In this document: piece by piece, positions 58,774 through 64,000 of the stretch
Layout: the number at the start of each line of letters is the position of its first letter
Position numbering within the stretch: the stretch's first letter is position 1
Assembly (NCBI GenBank): GCA_019323515.1
Contig: JAHWHG010000007.1
Span: forward strand, 148,603-212,602
Reading direction: 5' to 3'
From: Candidatus Woesearchaeota archaeon
GTDB lineage: Archaea; Nanobdellota; Nanobdellia; Woesearchaeales; JAHWHD01
Length of the DNA: 64,000 bases
Program-made: the position numbers and the translations under genes
Notes under the pieces: generated by a model
Database searches by the model: none
What the model was told of the DNA's origin: nothing
The model's input: only the letters and a program-made list of their open reading frames with translations

Positions 58774-60018
58774 TCAGATTAATCGTATACTATTGACCTT
58801 CTCTTTCAGATAGCTATCCTTGATCAAAAATTTAATTAAGTCGCTCGGATTCTTGTAAGCCCTTTTAACAATTGCAAAAATCCTTGAACCTTCAACTATA
58901 GTTTCTTTATGTTTAATTAAGAATTTCTTAATATGCTGCTCTGAAGAAAACACTAAAGGTCCTGGGTGTTTCTTGTAAGAGGGTAATTGCTTAGGATAAA
59001 TAAGATACCAAAAATAAACGTGATCATTCCATTCCCATCCTGAATCAAGTACAGAAAATTCAGCCATCTCAATTTGCTTCCTGATATAATTAAACGCTTT
59101 AAGTATCTTACTTCCTACAATATCATCTTTACCTTCTAAAGGTTTAATCTTCAGGAAAACTGATTCAACTCCAAATTTTCTTGCCCTACCCCTAAGTAAA
59201 TTCAAGGAAAAAACAGGTTTAGTAAAAAAATCCTTCGAAGGAGCATACATGAACTTACGAGCAACATGTATAAACTTGCAGAAAGTTTCAAGGTTCAACG
59301 CTGCTGCAGCATTCCTATCTTTCTGCACAGGATCAATAACAATTAATGGACTAAGTATCTTAGCAGCATTAAGCTTTGAAAATACTTGCTGCTTGTTCTT
59401 ATAATGATTAGCAATATCAATTACCATCTTTGGTTTCCAGTTACTGACTGCCTTCAGCATCTTAACAAATCCACCATAATGGATCACAAGTATCTCAAGC
59501 ATATAACCTGAAAAACCATTAATGTATGATTCAGCACCATATACACCCTGTGCTTTACAGAACCTCTTAGCTAGCATTACATCATCTGCTAAAGTTTTAA
59601 TATTTTTCTTGACCCACATTGCATGTAGAGGGCTTACATCTGTAACATTAACTGCTTGTGCTGCGTTAGCTATCCTCAAGACAGGAACAACCTCAACTTT
59701 CAGATTTTTATACTTAAACTGATAATAATCTCTACTACCATGAACTAATTGACACTTAAAGTTCTTTAATGCTTTCCCTAATATTTTAGATAAATCCTTA
59801 TCTTTATACTCCAAATCAAATCTGACAAAGATATCTACATCAAAATCACCTTTAAGATTAGTGCCCTTTGCAAGCGAGCCACCTAAGACAGGTTCGGCAT
59901 TAATCTTTAATTTAATCAGTTCTTTTCTAATTAAAGCTACAATAGAATCAGCTTTTTCCACCAATCCTTTTCCAGGAACTATTTGTTTTATTACGGAATC
60001 AATGAATTTCAAAATCAA
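58774..60018 (-). CDS. cca: Archaeal (class I) CCA-adding enzyme
   Basis: GGSLAKGTNLKGDFDVDIFV, HGSRDY, DVSPLH, GFSGYMLEIL, IDPVQKDRNAAAAL. Confidence 0.94.
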   Translation of the reverse strand: MILKFIDSVIKQIVPGKGLVEKADSIVALIRKELIKLKINAEPVLGGSLAKGTNLKGDFDVDIFVRFDLEYKDKDLSKILGKALKNFKCQLVHGSRDYYQFKYKNLKVEVVPVLRIANAAQAVNVTDVSPLHAMWVKKNIKTLADDVMLAKRFCKAQGVYGAESYINGFSGYMLEILVIHYGGFVKMLKAVSNWKPKMVIDIANHYKNKQQVFSKLNAAKILSPLIVIDPVQKDRNAAAALNLETFCKFIHVARKFMYAPSKDFFTKPVFSLNLLRGRARKFGVESVFLKIKPLEGKDDIVGSKILKAFNYIRKQIEMAEFSVLDSGWEWNDHVYFWYLIYPKQLPSYKKHPGPLVFSSEQHIKKFLIKHKETIVEGSRIFAIVKRAYKNPSDLIKFLIKDSYLKEKVNSIRLI

Positions 60019-60023
60019 AACCT

Positions 60024-63000
60024 CTAAACTTTTTTATTTACCTGCTTGTAAAGACTCATTATGTCTTTGTAAACCAATCTTTTTGCCTTCTTAGGCATTT
60101 TATCATAAACAGCCCTTATTTTATTATAAATTTTCGAAGCTGCTGCATAATCGTCTTTTGAGAGATAATTCTCAGCCTGATTAATAAACTTATGTGTATT
60201 GATTACATATTTTATAGATGTATCAAGTAATTCAATCTTCTTAAGATACTTTACCTTATTCTTCTTAACCTTAGCATAAGCTGAATTAATTAAATTTCGT
60301 ATCTCAATAGCTTCTTCTAACCTTCCTTTCCTTAACAATCTATAGCAGCGATAGATTAACCATAACAATTTAGTAAACGGTCTTGTAATAAGGAATATCA
60401 AGAGTGCAATTAAAACAGCACCCAAAGAAACAATATAAACAGTTATAGGTATCTTAAATGGAACTTCTACTGGAGGTATAACAGGAGGTACAACCTCAGG
60501 CACTTCAATACAAGCCTTACAAGGACCACCACAATCAACTCCATCCTCATTATTATCCAAATATCTATTGTCACATCTTCCAGGATTTACACAGATTTTT
60601 TCAATGTTACAGACACCGACACAATCAGCATTGATACTACAGCTCTGACCCAAATCACAAGGAGTACAAGGTCCACCGCAATCAATGTCAGTTTCACCAT
60701 CATCCTTAATTAAATTATCACAACTTACTTCATATTTACAATCCCTCCTCTCAACAGGCTTAACCAAACCAAATTTGCTTTCTTCATAGCAACCACTCAC
60801 ATCAACACATGTTCTCTCTTGCCAACCATTAGGCCCGCAAGGACTCCAGTCTGTACAATTCCAATGAGCAAAGCACCCACCAGGTCCACCGCCACGTCTA
60901 GGAGGAGTCACAGAAGGACATACACCACAATCCTGGCTACAAGTGTTACAATCTTCATTAGCATCACATGTACCATCACCACAATAACTTCCTTGTTTTA
61001 TAGAAAATCCTGAGAAGCTTGTAACATTAACTATTAAAGTATTAGCACTTAGATTTTGATCACTCGCTATCAAAACCCAACTACTTAAACATGTCTGACC
61101 AGTGAAATCCCAGTTATCACATTTATAAACTTCAAGAGTATTTTCATAGGAATAATTCAAACCCGTATAGTTTAAGGTTATATTTGCACCAAATATCCCT
61201 AGAAAAGTGTTATTTAATCCATAAGTAACCAAGAAGCCTGGAGCAGGAGTGCTCAACCTATCCATCCCGAACTCATTAGGGTTATTCTGGTTTAATTCAA
61301 TTCCTATAACATGAACAACAATACTACCATCAAAAGCCTCAACCACCATATCATAAGTTGAATTTGCTAACCTTATTGAAGCATTTCCAGTAAAGGATTC
61401 AACCCTGATTACCTCAGTTGAATTAGGATAATAGAAAGTAGCAGTTACTGGAACACCATTCAGACTAAAGTCAACAATTGTCAAGTTAAAGTAAAACTCC
61501 TCAGCAACCTCAAAGAAACTCTCAAGGGTTGCAATGTTGCTCTGAGTATCATTAGCATAGAACGTTACATTATACCAACCAGTAATGTTTGTAGTATAAT
61601 TATTATCATTCTGGGATAAATACTTAGTCACACTAGAACCATTAGGCAATCCAATAACAGCCCAAATCTGACCTACTGCAACATTATCAGAAGCACTTGC
61701 ATTAAGGAAAACATCGTCTCCATTTACAACAATTCTTGGAGTTATATTAGTAAAGGTAAATGAAGGCGGAGTATAATCAGTCTTAATATATCTTGTCTCA
61801 CTTACATTAAAGTTACTAGAACCATCAGTACAGTTTACATACCAATAGACATCACCTTCCGGAACATTTGAATCAACAATAGTTGTCGCTGTATTATTCA
61901 AAGTAGTAGCATTCTGTCCTGCTATGTCATTATTGACATAAAGCTTACAATCAAGTGTACTAGCATAATTATCAATTACATAGAACACAAAGCTCACAGT
62001 TGAACTCGTAGAGTCAGTATCATTTGCAGGTGAAGTAAGAGAAACAGTTGGAGCTAGTATATCAGCAACATTAAAATAGGTAGTTATTAAACTATTTAGG
62101 TTACCTGCACTGTCATTAGCAAGTATCTGAACATTATAAGTTCCAATTATGCTAGTATTTGTAAAGTTAGCATAGTATAACCCTGTATTTGAACTATAAA
62201 TCATCTCAACCAATTCAATAACAGAATCATAACTAATATTGGCAAATACTTTATCAAGATTGTTATGATATGGATCAGTCACATTAACAGATAACTGAAC
62301 TAAATCTCCTAAATTATAAGAAGTGCCTGCTGCTGGAATCAAATCAGCAACACTAGGAGCTTCTATATCATTTATAGTAAAGTAAGAACTTTGGGTATCA
62401 TTCAGATTACCATTAGTATCGTTAGCTATTATAGTTATATTATATTGAGTAGGATAAGTAGTATTAGTAAAAGTATTCGTATAAACCCCATCAAGATTTG
62501 GATCAGTCAGCTCAATGACTTCATAAACTCCTCCATCCCAAGTTATATTAGCATATACTTTCGAGATACCTGTTTCATCAGTTACTGTAACACTTATCGG
62601 AACTGAAACAGCTTGCGCATAAGTTGCAGCAGAAGGACTAACACCACTTACTGCAGGATATGATATATCATTAATCACAAAACTTGAAGTCTCAGTATTA
62701 TTAAGATTACCTCTTGGGTCAGATGCAAATATACGCACATTATAAGTCCCTGCAGGATTAGAAGATGTTGTAGTGTAAGTATAGTACCAGGTATCACCAA
62801 CTCCTGAAATCATTGTTTCATTAAACTTAGAACCATTTGAATACTCAATCTCCACAATTACACTTGACAGACCACTTACATCTGAAGCATTAAGAGTTAT
62901 ATTTGTAGTATCTCCTTGGTTAATAGGAGTTGGATATACTAAAATGTCTTTTACACTAGGATTAGTAGTATCAACAGCTACATTAATATTATGTGTTACA

Positions 63001-64000
63001 ATATCAGCAGTGTAATTCTGCGAACCAAAATAAACTACGCTTATATTATAAACACCAGCTGAATAATTTTTATCATTAATCAAAGGACCCGCTCCAGAAT
63101 CAATTTGTGTTCCATTCTCATACACATATATTATATCCTCTCCACTAAGCAATAATCCAGTGATATTAACAAATTCTGACTCATTAATATCAAAGTCAGC
63201 TGAGGTTCCATTCAACAGCAAGTCTACTTGACCAGTAGCTTTAGCAACTGTATAACTTGAGCTGTTTGAAGCAGAGCTATAATTCCCAGTATCAGTAACA
63301 TTACACACAAAATTGTACAAACTAGCAGCAAGAGTGACATTAAGGTTCATATCAGTTCCAGTAATTTCAGTTGTATTCCTCCATAACCTTCCTGAAGCTT
63401 CTCCGCTATCACAAAGACAACTTGCATTAACTGACTGATTATAAGTCACAGGAGAATCAGGGAAAAGTGTAAGATAACAACTTGTCTGAACAGCTGTGAT
63501 TGTATAGGTAAATTCTCCAGTAAAATTATAATTACCAACACTATCATTTGCAAACCATCTATAATCATAAACTCCAACTCCTAAATCGACAAATGTAAAA
63601 TTATATACATCTCCTACCTTAGTTAACTCTCCAGCAAGATAAGAATAGTTCTGTCCATCAAACTCAAATACTACATCAGACATTCCATATAAATCTACCC
63701 AAGTAGCATTAAACTCATAGACTTGTCCAGGAGAATACACAACAGGACTAAGAAGTAACTCATTAATATTTGAATAAGCAGGAGCACTGATATCATTTAT
63801 TATAAAATAGGTTGTCTGCGTATCATTAAGATTTCCAGAGGTATCATTAGCTATTATTGTAATATTATATTGCGTAGGGAATGTTGTGTTCGTAAAGGTT
63901 ATAGTATAGATGTTATCAGCATTAGGATCAGCCAGCTCAATGAGTTCATAGACCCCTCCATTCCAAGTTATGTTAGCATAAACACTTGATACATCAGTCT
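60024..64000 (-). CDS. Very large cell-surface protein, 5'-truncated by the window edge
   Basis: The frame stays open from the track start (63740) to the window end. Repeated Ig-like units (VYANITW.GGVYE.IEL.DPN.D..YT.TFTNTT.PTQYNITIIANDT.GNLNDTQ), Cys-rich region, TM, basic cytoplasmic helical tail. Confidence 0.85.
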   Translation of the reverse strand, partial: TDVSSVYANITWNGGVYELIELADPNADNIYTITFTNTTFPTQYNITIIANDTSGNLNDTQTTYFIINDISAPAYSNINELLLSPVVYSPGQVYEFNATWVDLYGMSDVVFEFDGQNYSYLAGELTKVGDVYNFTFVDLGVGVYDYRWFANDSVGNYNFTGEFTYTITAVQTSCYLTLFPDSPVTYNQSVNASCLCDSGEASGRLWRNTTEITGTDMNLNVTLAASLYNFVCNVTDTGNYSSASNSSSYTVAKATGQVDLLLNGTSADFDINESEFVNITGLLLSGEDIIYVYENGTQIDSGAGPLINDKNYSAGVYNISVVYFGSQNYTADIVTHNINVAVDTTNPSVKDILVYPTPINQGDTTNITLNASDVSGLSSVIVEIEYSNGSKFNETMISGVGDTWYYTYTTTSSNPAGTYNVRIFASDPRGNLNNTETSSFVINDISYPAVSGVSPSAATYAQAVSVPISVTVTDETGISKVYANITWDGGVYEVIELTDPNLDGVYTNTFTNTTYPTQYNITIIANDTNGNLNDTQSSYFTINDIEAPSVADLIPAAGTSYNLGDLVQLSVNVTDPYHNNLDKVFANISYDSVIELVEMIYSSNTGLYYANFTNTSIIGTYNVQILANDSAGNLNSLITTYFNVADILAPTVSLTSPANDTDSTSSTVSFVFYVIDNYASTLDCKLYVNNDIAGQNATTLNNTATTIVDSNVPEGDVYWYVNCTDGSSNFNVSETRYIKTDYTPPSFTFTNITPRIVVNGDDVFLNASASDNVAVGQIWAVIGLPNGSSVTKYLSQNDNNYTTNITGWYNVTFYANDTQSNIATLESFFEVAEEFYFNLTIVDFSLNGVPVTATFYYPNSTEVIRVESFTGNASIRLANSTYDMVVEAFDGSIVVHVIGIELNQNNPNEFGMDRLSTPAPGFLVTYGLNNTFLGIFGANITLNYTGLNYSYENTLEVYKCDNWDFTGQTCLSSWVLIASDQNLSANTLIVNVTSFSGFSIKQGSYCGDGTCDANEDCNTCSQDCGVCPSVTPPRRGGGPGGCFAHWNCTDWSPCGPNGWQERTCVDVSGCYEESKFGLVKPVERRDCKYEVSCDNLIKDDGETDIDCGGPCTPCDLGQSCSINADCVGVCNIEKICVNPGRCDNRYLDNNEDGVDCGGPCKACIEVPEVVPPVIPPVEVPFKIPITVYIVSLGAVLIALLIFLITRPFTKLLWLIYRCYRLLRKGRLEEAIEIRNLINSAYAKVKKNKVKYLKKIELLDTSIKYVINTHKFINQAENYLSKDDYAAASKIYNKIRAVYDKMPKKAKRLVYKDIMSLYKQVNKKV

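Noticed and set aside
1239-62606. Many ORF-track entries antisense to or nested in recognised genes (e.g. 2451-2990, 7204-7671, 41416-41913, 45804-46193, 54253-54474)
   Set aside because: Shadow frames of well-supported genes, with no motifs or independent initiation signals.
1-64000. rRNA, tRNA, CRISPR arrays, prophage or IS elements, defence systems
   Set aside because: No GC-rich structured RNA blocks, spaced repeats, integrase/transposase or recognisable defence genes seen; the intergenic gaps are short and AT-rich.

Overview
AT-rich, gene-dense chromosomal segment of an archaeon. Archaeal markers are an HMf-type histone, TFS/RpoM, NMD3, deoxyhypusine synthase, Taw1, class I CCA enzyme, archease-RtcB, TATA/BRE promoters and GGTGA-type Shine-Dalgarno sites. 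The AT-richness, TrmB-like regulator, large surface proteins and many bacterial-type genes (tgt, asnS, gpsA, nrdR, merR) suggest a DPANN lineage such as Woesearchaeota; that assignment is inference. No rRNA, tRNA, CRISPR array, integrase or transposase was seen. Two loci stand out. (1) The operon nrdR - nrdD1 - nrdD2 - nrdD3 - CxxC-less thioredoxin - CPKC redoxin - nrdG (28969-37224) has THREE tandem, apparently catalytically intact class III ribonucleotide reductases. They differ in their ATP cones and presumed specificity regions, copies 2 and 3 share a near-identical DNA tract around the catalytic Cys pair, and two 31-bp-spaced NrdR boxes lie upstream. (2) A bacterial RpoD-type sigma-70 factor with regions 1.2-4 is overlap-coupled to asnS inside archaeal housekeeping genes. 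Also notable: a shared 16-bp motif upstream of two DNA-repair units, a Tmk homolog lacking the P-loop Lys, a kor-sucCD module, and several small ORFs missed by the ORF track. All motif calls were made by eye; no database search was run.
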